A stretch of DNA of 64,000 nt. It comes from Escherichia coli. GTDB taxonomy: Bacteria; Pseudomonadota; Gammaproteobacteria; Enterobacterales; Enterobacteriaceae. Made by a program: the position numbers and the translations under genes. The DNA is taken from assembly GCF_029227855.1 (NCBI RefSeq), contig NZ_CP074356.1. The stretch is one strand, 5' to 3'. Each line of letters opens with the position of its first letter. Position 1 is the stretch's first letter. Below the pieces are notes generated by a model, which was not told where the DNA came from, ran no database searches, and worked only from the letters and a program-made list of their open reading frames with translations. This document shows, in pieces, positions 32,261 to 45,572 of this stretch.

Positions 32261-33970
32261 ATGTCTGAAGAAAAATTAGGTCAACATTATCTCGCTGCGC
32301 TGAATGAGGCATTTCCGGGCGTCGTGCTGGACCACGCCTGGCAGACCAAAGATCAGCTGACCGTGACCGTGAAGGTGAACTACCTGCCGGAAGTGGTGGA
32401 GTTTCTCTACTACAAGCAGGGGGGCTGGCTGTCGGTGCTGTTTGGTAACGACGAACGCAAACTTAATGGTCATTACGCCGTTTACTACGTGCTGTCGATG
32501 GAGAAGGGCACCAAATGCTGGATAACCGTGCGCGTTGAAGTTGACGCCAACAAACCGGAATATCCGTCCGTAACGCCGCGCGTTCCGGCGGCGGTATGGG
32601 GCGAGCGTGAAGTGCGCGATATGTACGGTTTGATTCCGGTAGGGCTGCCGGATGAACGTCGTCTGGTGCTGCCGGATGACTGGCCGGATGAACTTTATCC
32701 GCTGCGTAAAGACAGCATGGATTATCGTCAACGTCCGGCACCGACTACCGATGCTGAAACCTACGAGTTCATCAACGAACTGGGCGACAAGAAAAACAAC
32801 GTCGTGCCGATTGGTCCGCTGCACGTCACTTCCGACGAACCGGGTCACTTCCGTCTGTTCGTCGATGGCGAAAACATTATCGACGCCGACTACCGCCTGT
32901 TCTATGTCCATCGCGGCATGGAAAAACTGGCGGAAACCCGCATGGGTTACAACGAAGTGACCTTCCTCTCTGACCGTGTGTGCGGGATCTGCGGCTTTGC
33001 TCACAGCACCGCCTACACCACGTCGGTGGAAAACGCGATGGGTATTCAGGTGCCAGAACGTGCGCAGATGATCCGCGCCATTCTGCTGGAGGTAGAACGC
33101 CTGCACTCGCATCTGCTCAACCTCGGCCTCGCCTGTCACTTTACCGGCTTCGACTCCGGCTTTATGCAGTTCTTCCGCGTGCGTGAAACCTCCATGAAAA
33201 TGGCAGAGATCCTTACCGGTGCGCGTAAAACCTACGGCCTGAACCTGATCGGCGGAATTCGTCGCGATCTGCTGAAAGATGACATGATCCAGACCCGCCA
33301 GTTGGCGCAACAGATGCGTCGTGAAGTGCAGGAGCTGGTGGATGTGCTGCTGAGCACACCGAACATGGAACAGCGTACTGTCGGCATTGGTCGTCTGGAC
33401 CCGGAAATCGCCCGCGATTTCAGTAACGTTGGCCCGATGGTCCGCGCCAGCGGTCACGCCCGCGATACCCGTGCCGATCACCCGTTTGTTGGTTATGGCC
33501 TGCTGCCAATGGAAGTCCACAGCGAGCAGGGCTGCGACGTTATTTCCCGTCTGAAAGTGCGTATCAACGAGGTCTATACCGCGCTGAACATGATCGACTA
33601 CGGTCTGGATAACCTGCCGGGCGGTCCGCTGATGGTGGAAGGCTTTACCTATATTCCGCACCGTTTTGCGCTGGGCTTTGCCGAAGCGCCGCGCGGCGAC
33701 GATATCCACTGGAGCATGACCGGCGACAACCAGAAGCTGTACCGCTGGCGCTGCCGTGCCGCGACCTACGCGAACTGGCCGACCCTGCGCTACATGCTGC
33801 GCGGCAACACCGTTTCCGATGCGCCGCTGATTATCGGTAGCCTGGACCCTTGCTACTCCTGTACCGACCGCATGGCCGTGGTCGATGTGCGTAAGAAGAA
33901 GAGCAAAGTGGTGCCGTACAAAGAACTCGAGCGTTACAGCATTGAGCGTAAAAACTCGCCGCTGAAATAA
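32261..33970 (+). CDS. hycE: Hydrogenase 3 large subunit (NiFe)
   Basis: Track ORF 32240..33970; start set to the ATG encoding MSEEKLGQHY (569 aa); NiFe-binding cysteines and C-terminal DPCYSCTDR. Confidence 0.93.
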   Translation: MSEEKLGQHYLAALNEAFPGVVLDHAWQTKDQLTVTVKVNYLPEVVEFLYYKQGGWLSVLFGNDERKLNGHYAVYYVLSMEKGTKCWITVRVEVDANKPEYPSVTPRVPAAVWGEREVRDMYGLIPVGLPDERRLVLPDDWPDELYPLRKDSMDYRQRPAPTTDAETYEFINELGDKKNNVVPIGPLHVTSDEPGHFRLFVDGENIIDADYRLFYVHRGMEKLAETRMGYNEVTFLSDRVCGICGFAHSTAYTTSVENAMGIQVPERAQMIRAILLEVERLHSHLLNLGLACHFTGFDSGFMQFFRVRETSMKMAEILTGARKTYGLNLIGGIRRDLLKDDMIQTRQLAQQMRREVQELVDVLLSTPNMEQRTVGIGRLDPEIARDFSNVGPMVRASGHARDTRADHPFVGYGLLPMEVHSEQGCDVISRLKVRINEVYTALNMIDYGLDNLPGGPLMVEGFTYIPHRFALGFAEAPRGDDIHWSMTGDNQKLYRWRCRAATYANWPTLRYMLRGNTVSDAPLIIGSLDPCYSCTDRMAVVDVRKKKSKVVPYKELERYSIERKNSPLK

Positions 33971-33979
33971 GGAATCGCC

Positions 33980-34522
33980 ATGTTTACCTTTATCAAAAAA
34001 GTTATCAAAACCGGCACGGCGACCTCGTCTTATCCGCTGGAGCCGATTGCGGTTGATAAAAACTTCCGTGGTAAGCCAGAGCAGAACCCGCAGCAGTGCA
34101 TCGGCTGCGCGGCCTGCGTCAATGCCTGCCCGTCAAACGCCTTAACGGTTGAAACTGACCTCGCCACAGGAGAGCTTGCCTGGGAGTTTAATCTCGGGCG
34201 CTGCATCTTCTGTGGACGCTGCGAAGAAGTTTGCCCGACGGCGGCGATTAAGCTGTCGCAAGAGTACGAACTGGCGGTGTGGAAGAAAGAAGACTTCCTG
34301 CAACAGTCCCGCTTCGCGCTGTGCAACTGTCGCGTCTGCAATCGTCCTTTCGCCGTCCAGAAAGAGATCGACTACGCCATTGCGCTGCTCAAGCACAACG
34401 GCGACAGCCGCGCGGAAAACCACCGCGAAAGCTTTGAGACTTGCCCGGAATGTAAGCGCCAGAAATGCCTGGTGCCGTCCGACCGTATTGAACTGACTCG
34501 CCATATGAAAGAGGCCATCTGA
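33980..34522 (+). CDS. hycF: Formate hydrogenlyase subunit 6, 4Fe-4S ferredoxin
   Basis: Track ORF 180 aa with CxxCxxCxxxCP motifs. Confidence 0.93.
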   Translation: MFTFIKKVIKTGTATSSYPLEPIAVDKNFRGKPEQNPQQCIGCAACVNACPSNALTVETDLATGELAWEFNLGRCIFCGRCEEVCPTAAIKLSQEYELAVWKKEDFLQQSRFALCNCRVCNRPFAVQKEIDYAIALLKHNGDSRAENHRESFETCPECKRQKCLVPSDRIELTRHMKEAI

Positions 34523-35289
34523 TGAGCAATTTATTAGGCCCCCGTGACGCCAACGGCATTCCGGTCCCGATGACGGTGGATGAATCCATCGCCAGCATGA
34601 AGGCGTCGTTACTGAAAAAAATCAAACGTTCTGCCTACGTTTACCGCGTGGACTGCGGCGGCTGCAACGGCTGCGAAATCGAAATTTTCGCCACGCTTTC
34701 GCCGCTGTTTGATGCAGAACGCTTCGGCATTAAAGTCGTTCCTTCACCGCGTCATGCGGATATTTTACTGTTTACCGGCGCGGTCACCCGTGCAATGCGA
34801 TCCCCTGCGCTGCGTGCGTGGCAGTCCGCGCCGGACCCGAAAATTTGTATCTCCTACGGTGCCTGCGGTAACAGCGGCGGGATCTTCCACGATCTCTACT
34901 GCGTGTGGGGGGGTACGGATAAAATCGTCCCGGTGGATGTTTATATCCCTGGCTGCCCGCCAACGCCTGCCGCCACGCTGTACGGCTTTGCAATGGCGCT
35001 CGGCCTGCTGGAGCAGAAAATTCACGCCCGTGGGCCGGGTGAGCAGGATGAACAACCGGCGGAGATCCTGCATGGCGATATGGTGCAGCCGCTGCGCGTG
35101 AAAGTGGATCGCGAAGCTCGCCGCCTGGCGGGTTACCGTTACGGTCGCCAGATTGCCGATGACTTCCTGACACAGTTAGGGCAGGGCGAAGAGCAGGTTG
35201 CACGCTGGCTGGAAGCGGAAAACGATCCGCGTCTGAACGAGATTGTCAGCCATCTGAATCATGTTGTTGAAGAGGCGCGTATCCGATGA
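34522..35289 (+). CDS. hycG: Hydrogenase 3 small subunit (NuoB-like)
   Basis: Track ORF 255 aa; CGGCNGCE and GCPP motifs. Confidence 0.93.
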   Translation: MSNLLGPRDANGIPVPMTVDESIASMKASLLKKIKRSAYVYRVDCGGCNGCEIEIFATLSPLFDAERFGIKVVPSPRHADILLFTGAVTRAMRSPALRAWQSAPDPKICISYGACGNSGGIFHDLYCVWGGTDKIVPVDVYIPGCPPTPAATLYGFAMALGLLEQKIHARGPGEQDEQPAEILHGDMVQPLRVKVDREARRLAGYRYGRQIADDFLTQLGQGEEQVARWLEAENDPRLNEIVSHLNHVVEEARIR

Positions 35290-35696
35290 GTGAAAAGGTG
35301 GTGTTCAGTCAACTGAGCCGTAAATTTATTGATGAGAACGATGCCACGCCCGCCGAGGCGCAGCAGGTGGTCTATTACAGCCTGGCGATTGGTCACCACC
35401 TTGGGGTTATCGATTGCCTGGAAGCGGCGCTCACCTGTCCGTGGGATGAATATCTGGCATGGATTGCCACTCTGGAGGCGGGCAGCGAAGCCCGCCGCAA
35501 AATGGAAGGCGTGCCGAAATATGGTGAGATCGTCATCGACATTAACCATGTGCCGATGCTGGCCAACGCATTCGATAAAGCCCGGGCTGCGCAAACTTCG
35601 CAGCAGAAAGAATGGAGTACAATGCTGTTAAGTATGCTGCATGATATTCATCAGGAAAACGCCATCTATTTGATGGTGAGGAGATTGCGTGACTGA
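35286..35696 (+). CDS. hycH: Formate hydrogenlyase maturation protein HycH
   Basis: Track ORF 136 aa; conserved operon position. Confidence 0.9.
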   Translation: MSEKVVFSQLSRKFIDENDATPAEAQQVVYYSLAIGHHLGVIDCLEAALTCPWDEYLAWIATLEAGSEARRKMEGVPKYGEIVIDINHVPMLANAFDKARAAQTSQQKEWSTMLLSMLHDIHQENAIYLMVRRLRD

Positions 35697-36159
35697 CGTT
35701 TTACTCTGTGTTGGCAATAGCATGATGGGCGATGATGGCGCAGGTCCGCTGCTGGCGGAAAAGTGTGCCGCCGCGCCGAAAGGTAACTGGGTGGTGATTG
35801 ACGGCGGTAGCGCACCGGAAAACGACATCGTCGCTATTCGCGAACTGCGCCCGACACGACTGTTGATTGTCGACGCCACGGATATGGGGCTAAACCCCGG
35901 CGAGATCCGCATCATCGATCCGGATGATATCGCCGAGATGTTTATGATGACTACCCATAACATGCCGTTGAACTACCTTATCGACCAGTTGAAAGAAGAC
36001 ATTGGCGAAGTGATTTTCCTCGGCATCCAGCCGGATATCGTCGGCTTTTACTACCCGATGACCCAGCCGATTAAAGACGCCGTAGAAACCGTTTATCAAC
36101 GACTGGAAGGCTGGGAAGGGAATGGCGGATTCGCGCAGTTAGCGGTGGAAGAAGAGTAG
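35689..36159 (+). CDS. hycI: Hydrogenase 3 maturation endopeptidase HycI
   Basis: Track ORF 156 aa; N-terminal LLCVGNSMMGDDGAGP protease motif. Confidence 0.93.
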   Translation: MTDVLLCVGNSMMGDDGAGPLLAEKCAAAPKGNWVVIDGGSAPENDIVAIRELRPTRLLIVDATDMGLNPGEIRIIDPDDIAEMFMMTTHNMPLNYLIDQLKEDIGEVIFLGIQPDIVGFYYPMTQPIKDAVETVYQRLEGWEGNGGFAQLAVEEE

Positions 36160-36215
36160 TTCGTAGACAAACATGTTCACGTTTTGGAATTTGGACGTGC
36201 AATTGTGACGTGTAG

Positions 36216-36259
36216 ACGGGTGTTTACATATTGTGAACACCCGTGTGATCAACTACTAT
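36216..36259 (+). promoter_or_regulatory. Putative promoter and operator of the HigBA-like module: 9-bp perfect inverted repeat overlapping the -35, then a -10
   Basis: acgggtgtt-N11-aacacccgt inverted repeat at 36216..36244; TTGTGA (36231..36236), 17-bp spacer, TACTAT (36254..36259); 66 nt upstream of the toxin ATG. Confidence 0.45.
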
Positions 36260-36325
36260 AGAAAAATAAATCCGAAGGAATGGTAGTCCAGGTTTAGTCA
36301 TTCAGGCGCTAATAAGGAAGTTAAA

Positions 36326-36637
36326 ATGCACATCATTTCGAAAGCGCCATTTGAAGAGTGTGCGCGCAAATATCCTAACGACGCTCTGGCTCTACACTCA
36401 TTGTATCGGGTTATTAAGGAAACGGATTTTTCTACACCAGAAGAAATGCGAACGGCGTTTCCTAACCTCGACAATTTTAAATATCGCAACAAATGGTACG
36501 TTCTGGATGTCGGCGGGAACAATCTTAGGGTTATTGCCTACATAAACTTTGTTAATAAGCGGTTCTTTGTGAAGCACATAACGAATCACGCAGAGTATGA
36601 CAAACTGACACGTTACTACAGAGAGAACAAAGAATGA
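36326..36637 (+). CDS. Type II toxin, HigB-like (RelE/ParE superfamily mRNA interferase)
   Basis: Track ORF 103 aa; resembles E. coli HigB (MH.I.KA...YP, FP.LDNFKY, VGGN.LRV, TH.EYD); AAGGAAG Shine-Dalgarno; stop overlaps the next ATG (ATGA). Confidence 0.8.
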   Translation: MHIISKAPFEECARKYPNDALALHSLYRVIKETDFSTPEEMRTAFPNLDNFKYRNKWYVLDVGGNNLRVIAYINFVNKRFFVKHITNHAEYDKLTRYYRENKE

Positions 36638-37053
36638 CTGCTAATGCTGCACGCGCTGTTAAAGCAACAAGAGAACTGGTCAATGCAGTCCCCTTTCTGG
36701 GAGGCAGTGACTCAGAAGATGATTATCGTGAAGCACTGGAACTGGTCGAATATTTGATTGAAGAAGATGACACCAATCCACTTATCGACTTTCTGGCGAG
36801 CCGCATTGCAGAATATGAAAACAACAACGAAAAGTTTGCAGAGTTCGACAAAGCCGTTGCAGCAATGCCGGTTGGCGTGGCGTTACTTCGTACGCTGATT
36901 GATCAACATAATTTGACCTATGCGGATTTGAAGAACGAAATCGGCTCTAAATCTCTGGTCAGTCAGATTTTGTCTGGGCAACGATCCCTGACGATATCCC
37001 ATATTAAGGCACTTTCAGCCCGATTTGGCGTTAAGCCGGAATGGTTTCTTTGA
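36634..37053 (+). CDS. Type II antitoxin, HigA-like (XRE-type HTH)
   Basis: Track ORF 139 aa; C-terminal HTH (SKSLVSQILSGQRSLTISHIKALSARFGV); same architecture as HigA; translationally coupled to the upstream toxin. Confidence 0.8.
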   Translation: MTANAARAVKATRELVNAVPFLGGSDSEDDYREALELVEYLIEEDDTNPLIDFLASRIAEYENNNEKFAEFDKAVAAMPVGVALLRTLIDQHNLTYADLKNEIGSKSLVSQILSGQRSLTISHIKALSARFGVKPEWFL

Positions 37054-37079
37054 TTTTGACTGATGCCAAACCCAAGATT

Positions 37080-37104
37080 GCCCGATGCGCAACGCTTATC
37101 GGGC
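37080..37104. terminator. Hairpin between the antitoxin and convergent ascB (weak terminator or REP-like)
   Basis: gcccgat-N11-atcgggc followed by TTT on the plus strand. Confidence 0.4.
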
Positions 37105-37131
37105 TTTCCTGGTTCGTGCGACGGTAGTTAC

Positions 37132-40022
<2,891 letters not shown>

Positions 40023-40107
40023 CGGATTTTATCCTGTTATCAGTAGGGTAGATGTAGTTGTTATCAGTCGACGTGACGGAAAAATGCCGATGCTGAAACG
40101 GAATTAG

Positions 40108-40194
40108 GAAACCGGTTTCACAAAATCATGAATAGTTGTCACTAAATAAGCAAGAGAGTTAATTGTTCATTTTTTATATTTGTGAAACCGGTCA
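40108..40194. promoter_or_regulatory. Two candidate AscG (LacI-family) operators in the ascF/ascG divergent region
   Basis: Perfect 12-bp palindrome GAAACCGGTTTC (40108..40119) and related TGAAACCGGTCA (40183..40194). Confidence 0.5.
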
Positions 40195-40278
40195 CCTGAA
40201 TATTTTTCCCGCCGATTGCGCAAGGACAATCGGCAAACGGTGCAGTACACTGCGTTGATTGCGTGTAAAGGGATGAAA

Positions 40279-41292
40279 ATGATGACGACGATGCTGGAAG
40301 TGGCGAAGCGCGCCGGGGTTTCAAAAGCGACCGTTTCCCGCGTGCTTTCAGGTAATGGCTACGTCAGCCAGGAGACTAAAGATCGCGTGTTTCAGGCGGT
40401 AGAAGAGAGCGGTTACCGTCCAAACTTGCTGGCGCGCAATCTGTCGGCGAAGAGTACTCAGACGCTGGGGCTGGTCGTGACCAACACGCTTTACCACGGC
40501 ATTTATTTTAGTGAATTACTGTTTCATGCCGCGCGAATGGCGGAAGAGAAAGGGCGACAGTTGCTATTGGCAGATGGTAAACATAGCGCCGAAGAAGAGC
40601 GCCAGGCGATTCAGTATCTGCTGGATTTGCGCTGCGACGCCATTATGATTTACCCGCGTTTTTTAAGTGTGGATGAGATCGATGACATCATTGACGCGCA
40701 CAGTCAGCCGATAATGGTGCTTAATCGCCGCCTGCGCAAAAATAGCAGCCATAGCGTCTGGTGCGATCATAAACAGACCAGCTTTAACGCCGTGGCAGAG
40801 TTGATAAACGCCGGGCATCAGGAGATTGCTTTCCTTACCGGCTCGATGGATTCCCCCACCAGCGTTGAACGTCTTGCCGGGTATAAAGACGCGCTGGCGC
40901 AGCATGGTATTGCGCTCAATGAAAAACTTATCGCTAACGGTAAATGGACGCCTGCCAGCGGGGCCGAAGGGGTAGAAATGTTGCTCGAACGTGGGGCTAA
41001 ATTTAGCGCGTTAGTTGCCAGTAACGACGATATGGCGATAGGTGCGATGAAAGCGTTGCACGAGCGCGGCGTAGCGGTGCCAGAGCAGGTGTCAGTTATC
41101 GGATTCGATGATATCGCTATTGCCCCCTACACCGTTCCGGCGCTCTCCAGCGTAAAAATTCCGGTAACTGAGATGATTCAGGAAATTATTGGACGGCTGA
41201 TTTTTATGCTCGATGGTGGGGATTTCTCACCGCCGAAAACCTTCAGCGGAAAACTGATCCGCCGCGGCTCCCTCATTGCTCTTTCGCAATAA
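40279..41292 (+). CDS. ascG: LacI-family repressor AscG
   Basis: Track ORF 40216..41292 (TTG-initiated extension); start set to the ATG at 40279 (MMTTMLEVAKRAGVSKATVSRVL), 6 nt after an AAGGG Shine-Dalgarno. Confidence 0.88.
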   Translation: MMTTMLEVAKRAGVSKATVSRVLSGNGYVSQETKDRVFQAVEESGYRPNLLARNLSAKSTQTLGLVVTNTLYHGIYFSELLFHAARMAEEKGRQLLLADGKHSAEEERQAIQYLLDLRCDAIMIYPRFLSVDEIDDIIDAHSQPIMVLNRRLRKNSSHSVWCDHKQTSFNAVAELINAGHQEIAFLTGSMDSPTSVERLAGYKDALAQHGIALNEKLIANGKWTPASGAEGVEMLLERGAKFSALVASNDDMAIGAMKALHERGVAVPEQVSVIGFDDIAIAPYTVPALSSVKIPVTEMIQEIIGRLIFMLDGGDFSPPKTFSGKLIRRGSLIALSQ

Positions 41293-41296
41293 ACAT

Positions 41297-41335
41297 TGTC
41301 ATCACATGTCATCGTCACTAGTGTCGATGACATCG
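41297..41335. promoter_or_regulatory. Repeat cluster upstream of hydN: two direct TGTCATC copies plus an inverted GATGACA, and the palindrome CGATG-a-CATCG
   Basis: Read directly; architecture parallels the TGTCGA repeat cluster in the hyc/hyp control region. Confidence 0.35.
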
Positions 41336-41440
41336 TTTTTCCTGCATTACAGAATTTAATTTCCTTAAATAACAGTAAATTAAAAACTGGCATGATTTGT
41401 GAATGTATCGGCGCATTAACTGTCATTGCTGGAGAATTTG

Positions 41441-41968
41441 ATGAACCGTTTCATCATTGCTGACGCGAGTAAATGTATTGGTTGCCGTACCTGTGAAGTG
41501 GCGTGCGTGGTTTCTCATCAGGAAAATCAGGACTGTGCATCGCTGACCCCGGAAACATTTTTACCGCGTATCCATGTCATTAAAGGTGTGAACATTTCCA
41601 CGGCGACAGTTTGCCGTCAGTGTGAAGATGCACCGTGCGCTAACGTCTGCCCGAATGGTGCTATCAGTCGTGATAAAGGGTTTGTTCATGTGATGCAGGA
41701 GCGTTGCATTGGTTGCAAAACCTGCGTTGTGGCTTGCCCGTATGGCGCGATGGAAGTGGTGGTACGTCCGGTGATCCGCAACAGTGGCGCAGGGCTTAAC
41801 GTACGGGCTGACAAAGCCGAAGCCAATAAATGCGACCTGTGCAACCATCGTGAAGACGGCCCGGCGTGTATGGCGGCTTGCCCGACCCATGCGCTGATTT
41901 GTGTCGATCGTAATAAACTTGAACAACTGAGCGCAGAAAAACGTCGCCGTACGGCGCTGATGTTCTAA
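41441..41968 (+). CDS. hydN: Ferredoxin-type electron-transfer protein HydN
   Basis: Track ORF 41426..41968; start set to the ATG encoding [19 protein letters not shown] (175 aa), preceded by a GGAGA Shine-Dalgarno. Confidence 0.9.
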   Translation: MNRFIIADASKCIGCRTCEVACVVSHQENQDCASLTPETFLPRIHVIKGVNISTATVCRQCEDAPCANVCPNGAISRDKGFVHVMQERCIGCKTCVVACPYGAMEVVVRPVIRNSGAGLNVRADKAEANKCDLCNHREDGPACMAACPTHALICVDRNKLEQLSAEKRRRTALMF

Positions 41969-42120
41969 AAATCTTACAGAACTGTTCTGGTATCAAAGGA
42001 ATTCCCGGAAATATTCGTAGAATACGAAGCGGGCAGTATCGCCGACCTGTGACTGCCGGATGCGACGCGCTCGTGTCCGGCTGGGCGGGTTACGCAATTC
42101 ATGATGGCGGGAATAACTCA

Positions 42121-44361
42121 ATGGCAAAAAACACATCTTGCGGTGTCCAACTGCGTATTCGTGGCAAAGTGCAGGGCGTCGGTTTTCGTCCGTTTGTCTG
42201 GCAGCTGGCACAGCAATTAAATCTTCACGGCGATGTCTGTAATGACGGCGATGGCGTAGAAGTCCGGCTGCTGGAAGACCCGGAAACGTTTCTTGTGCAG
42301 TTGCATCAGCACTGCCCGCCGCTGGCGCGTATTGATAGCGTCGAGCGTGAGCCGTTTATCTGGTCACAGCCGCCCACCGAGTTCACCATCCGCCAGAGCA
42401 CAGGCGGCACCATGAATACGCAAATTGTTCCCGATGCCGCCACTTGCCCTGCCTGTCTTGCCGAAATGAATACCCCAGGCGAGCGGCGTTATCGTTATCC
42501 GTTTATCAACTGTACTCACTGTGGCCCGCGTTTCACCATTATTCGCGCCATGCCTTACGACCGCCCGTTTACCGTAATGGCGGCGTTTCCGCTGTGTCCA
42601 GCCTGTGATAAAGAGTACCGCGACCCGCTCGATCGTCGCTTCCACGCCCAGCCGGTGGCCTGCCCAGAGTGTGGCCCACATCTTGAATGGGTAAGTCATG
42701 GTGAACATGCGGAACAAGAGGCGGCATTACAGGCAGCTATCGCACAGTTAAAAATGGGCAACATTGTCGCCATCAAAGGGATTGGCGGATTTCATCTTGC
42801 CTGCGATGCACGTAACAGTAACGCGGTGGCGACACTGCGGGCGCGCAAACATCGCCCGGCGAAACCGCTGGCGGTTATGTTGCCAGTGGCAGAAGGTTTA
42901 CCAGACGCTGCCCGTCAGTTGCTTACCACACCCGCCGCGCCGATTGTGCTGGTGGATAAAAAATATGTACCTGAGCTTTGTGATGATATCGCCCCTGGCC
43001 TTAACGAAGTCGGGGTAATGTTGCCTGCGAACCCGCTCCAGCATTTGCTGTTACAGGAACTGCAATGCCCGCTGGTGATGACCTCCGGTAACCTGAGCGG
43101 TAAACCACCGGCTATCAGCAACGAACAGGCGCTGGCGGATTTGCAGGGCATTGCCGACGGATTCTTGATACATAACCGCGACATCGTGCAGCGGATGGAT
43201 GATTCGGTGGTGCGCGAAAGCGGCGAAATGCTGCGCCGTTCGCGGGGGTATGTGCCGGATGCGCTGGCTTTGCCTCCGGGTTTTAAAAATGTTCCGCCTG
43301 TGCTGTGTCTCGGCGCGGATCTGAAAAACACCTTCTGCCTGGTGCGCGGCGAACAAGCGGTGTTGAGTCAGCATCTGGGCGATTTAAGTGACGATGGCAT
43401 CCAGATGCAGTGGCGCGAAGCGTTACGCCTGATGCAAAACATCTACGATTTTACCCCGCAATACGTTGTGCATGACCTGCATCCGGGCTATGTCTCCAGC
43501 CAGTGGGCGCGCGAAATGAATCTGCCGACGCAAACGGTGCTGCATCATCATGCTCATGCGGCGGCGTGTCTGGCAGAACATCACTGGCCACTGGATGGCG
43601 GTGATGTCATTGCGTTGACGCTCGACGGTATCGGTATGGGGGAGAACGGCGCTTTATGGGGCGGCGAGTGCCTGCGGGTGAACTATCGCGAATGCCAGCA
43701 CCTGGGCGGCTTGCCTGCAGTGGCGCTTGCTGGGGGCGATTTGGCGGCGAAGCAGCCGTGGCGTAACCTGCTGGCGCAGTGCCTGCGCTTTGTGCCGGAG
43801 TGGCAGAATTACCCTGAAACGGCAAGTGTGCAACAGCAAAACTGGAGCGTGCTGGCGCGGGCCATTGAGCGTGGAATTAACGCGCCGCTGGCGTCATCGT
43901 GTGGGCGTTTGTTCGATGCTGTGGCGGCGGCACTGGGCTGTGCGCCAGCCACGTTAAGCTATGAAGGTGAAGCGGCTTGTGCTCTGGAGGCGCTAGCAGC
44001 TTCATGCGACGGAGTGACGCATCCGGTGACGATACCGCTGGTGGACAATCAACTGGATCTCGCCACTTTCTGGCAGCAGTGGCTGAACTGGCAGGCACCG
44101 GTTAATCAACGCGCGTGGGCGTTTCATGATGCGCTGGCGCAGGGTTTTGCCGCGTTGATGCGTGAGCAGGCCACGATGCGTGGTATCACTACGCTGGTAT
44201 TTAGCGGCGGGGTTATTCATAACCGTTTGCTGCGTGCACGTCTGGCGCATTATCTCGCTGATTTCACATTGCTCTTTCCACAGAGTTTACCGGCGGGTGA
44301 TGGCGGCTTGTCTCTGGGGCAGGGGGTTATTGCTGCGGCGCGCATCCTGCATGCTGCATAG
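42121..44361 (+). CDS. hypF: Carbamoyltransferase HypF (hydrogenase maturation)
   Basis: Track ORF 42049..44361; start set to the ATG encoding [27 protein letters not shown]; acylphosphatase, zinc-finger, YrdC and Kae1-like domains. Confidence 0.93.
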   Translation: MAKNTSCGVQLRIRGKVQGVGFRPFVWQLAQQLNLHGDVCNDGDGVEVRLLEDPETFLVQLHQHCPPLARIDSVEREPFIWSQPPTEFTIRQSTGGTMNTQIVPDAATCPACLAEMNTPGERRYRYPFINCTHCGPRFTIIRAMPYDRPFTVMAAFPLCPACDKEYRDPLDRRFHAQPVACPECGPHLEWVSHGEHAEQEAALQAAIAQLKMGNIVAIKGIGGFHLACDARNSNAVATLRARKHRPAKPLAVMLPVAEGLPDAARQLLTTPAAPIVLVDKKYVPELCDDIAPGLNEVGVMLPANPLQHLLLQELQCPLVMTSGNLSGKPPAISNEQALADLQGIADGFLIHNRDIVQRMDDSVVRESGEMLRRSRGYVPDALALPPGFKNVPPVLCLGADLKNTFCLVRGEQAVLSQHLGDLSDDGIQMQWREALRLMQNIYDFTPQYVVHDLHPGYVSSQWAREMNLPTQTVLHHHAHAAACLAEHHWPLDGGDVIALTLDGIGMGENGALWGGECLRVNYRECQHLGGLPAVALAGGDLAAKQPWRNLLAQCLRFVPEWQNYPETASVQQQNWSVLARAIERGINAPLASSCGRLFDAVAAALGCAPATLSYEGEAACALEALAASCDGVTHPVTIPLVDNQLDLATFWQQWLNWQAPVNQRAWAFHDALAQGFAALMREQATMRGITTLVFSGGVIHNRLLRARLAHYLADFTLLFPQSLPAGDGGLSLGQGVIAAARILHAA

Positions 44362-44405
44362 TGGTGGATGTGGCGTAACTAAGCGTAAAAAGAGCGCGGA
44401 CAGTC

Positions 44406-44426
44406 CCCTCGCCCTTTGGGCGAGGG
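44406..44426. terminator. GC-rich hairpin between convergent hypF and norW
   Basis: 9-bp perfect stem ccctcgccc/gggcgaggg with a TTT loop. Confidence 0.4.
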
Positions 44427-44438
44427 AGAAAACCATGC

Positions 44439-45572
44439 CTACACCGGCAACGTTTTCAACAATCCAAACGCCTCTTTCATCCGATCCTCACTGACCACAA
44501 AGGCGCGAAGCTGGTCTGTATCGTCAACGCCGCGTGCCACCATTCCCTGATGTTCGGTACAAATCTGCCAGCGCAAATCCCGACGCTGGGTTTCGCCTGC
44601 CAGATGCAGCGGTAATTCCGGCGTTTTGATTTTCACCAGCATCGCAGGGAGTTTCAGCGGCGTGTTATTGCCGAGAAGATTTTTTGCCAGCACCATCGCG
44701 CTAAGTTGAATCGGCTGGAGGAACGGCAATACCTGACCGTTAATTTCCGCGCAATCGCCCAGCGCATAAATATCGGCATTACTGGTTTGCAGATAACTAT
44801 CGACGCAAACGCCGCGATTAATCGTCAGCCCGGCGCGTCGTGCCAGGGCGGTTTCCGGGCGCAGCCCGGTGGCGGCAATTACCGCATCCACTTCGATGCT
44901 GCGCTGGCGGTCCAGCGTTGCCAGAATGCCAGAATCCGTTTTTTCCAGCCCCTGCAACTGAGATTTCAACAGCAGATGAACGCCCATCTCCGTCAACCGA
45001 TGCTGCAAGCGGCTGCTTACTTCCGGTGGCATTAACGACGCCAGAATACTGGCAGCGTTGTCGATTAGCGTGACCGCTTTGCCTGCACGACAAAAATCCA
45101 TCGCCAGTTCGCTACCAATCAAGCCACCGCCAACAATCAACACGCGTCGGGCATCCCGCAGTTGCGTTTCACAGGCGCGATACTCTTGCTGACTATTTAA
45201 CGTCAGCATTAACTCACGCCCAGGCACTGGCGGGACAAAGGCACTGGCACCAGTTGCCAGCACCAGCTTGTCGTATTGCCACTGATTATTCTGGCTTTTC
45301 ACCACATGGGCTTCGGCATCGATATCCGTTACCCAGGTGTGCGGAAACAGGCGCAGATTAAACTTCTCGGCAAATTCACCTGCCGTCTGGCGGGTAAGGT
45401 CATCGGCACGTTGCCCCTGGCTGATAACATGGCTGAGGTCAGGTTTGTTGTACTCATCCATGCTGTCGGCGGCAATCAGGGTTAATGGAATACTGGCGTC
45501 CTGTTTGCGAATATTTTTCACCAGTTGGCGGGCGGCGAAGCCCGAACCAATGATCACAATGCCGTTGCTCAT
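44439..45572 (-). CDS. norW: NADH:flavorubredoxin reductase
   Basis: Track ORF 377 aa; FAD/NAD dinucleotide-binding motifs. Confidence 0.93.
   Translation of the reverse strand: MSNGIVIIGSGFAARQLVKNIRKQDASIPLTLIAADSMDEYNKPDLSHVISQGQRADDLTRQTAGEFAEKFNLRLFPHTWVTDIDAEAHVVKSQNNQWQYDKLVLATGASAFVPPVPGRELMLTLNSQQEYRACETQLRDARRVLIVGGGLIGSELAMDFCRAGKAVTLIDNAASILASLMPPEVSSRLQHRLTEMGVHLLLKSQLQGLEKTDSGILATLDRQRSIEVDAVIAATGLRPETALARRAGLTINRGVCVDSYLQTSNADIYALGDCAEINGQVLPFLQPIQLSAMVLAKNLLGNNTPLKLPAMLVKIKTPELPLHLAGETQRRDLRWQICTEHQGMVARGVDDTDQLRAFVVSEDRMKEAFGLLKTLPV

Noticed and set aside
32276-33709. 477-aa ORF on the minus strand
   Set aside because: Entirely antisense to hycE, whose product is unambiguous; a long open antisense frame is expected in GC-biased coding sequence
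41387-41404. TGGCAT-containing sequence upstream of hydN as a sigma-54 promoter
   Set aside because: The -12 position reads GA rather than the near-invariant GC at the correct spacing
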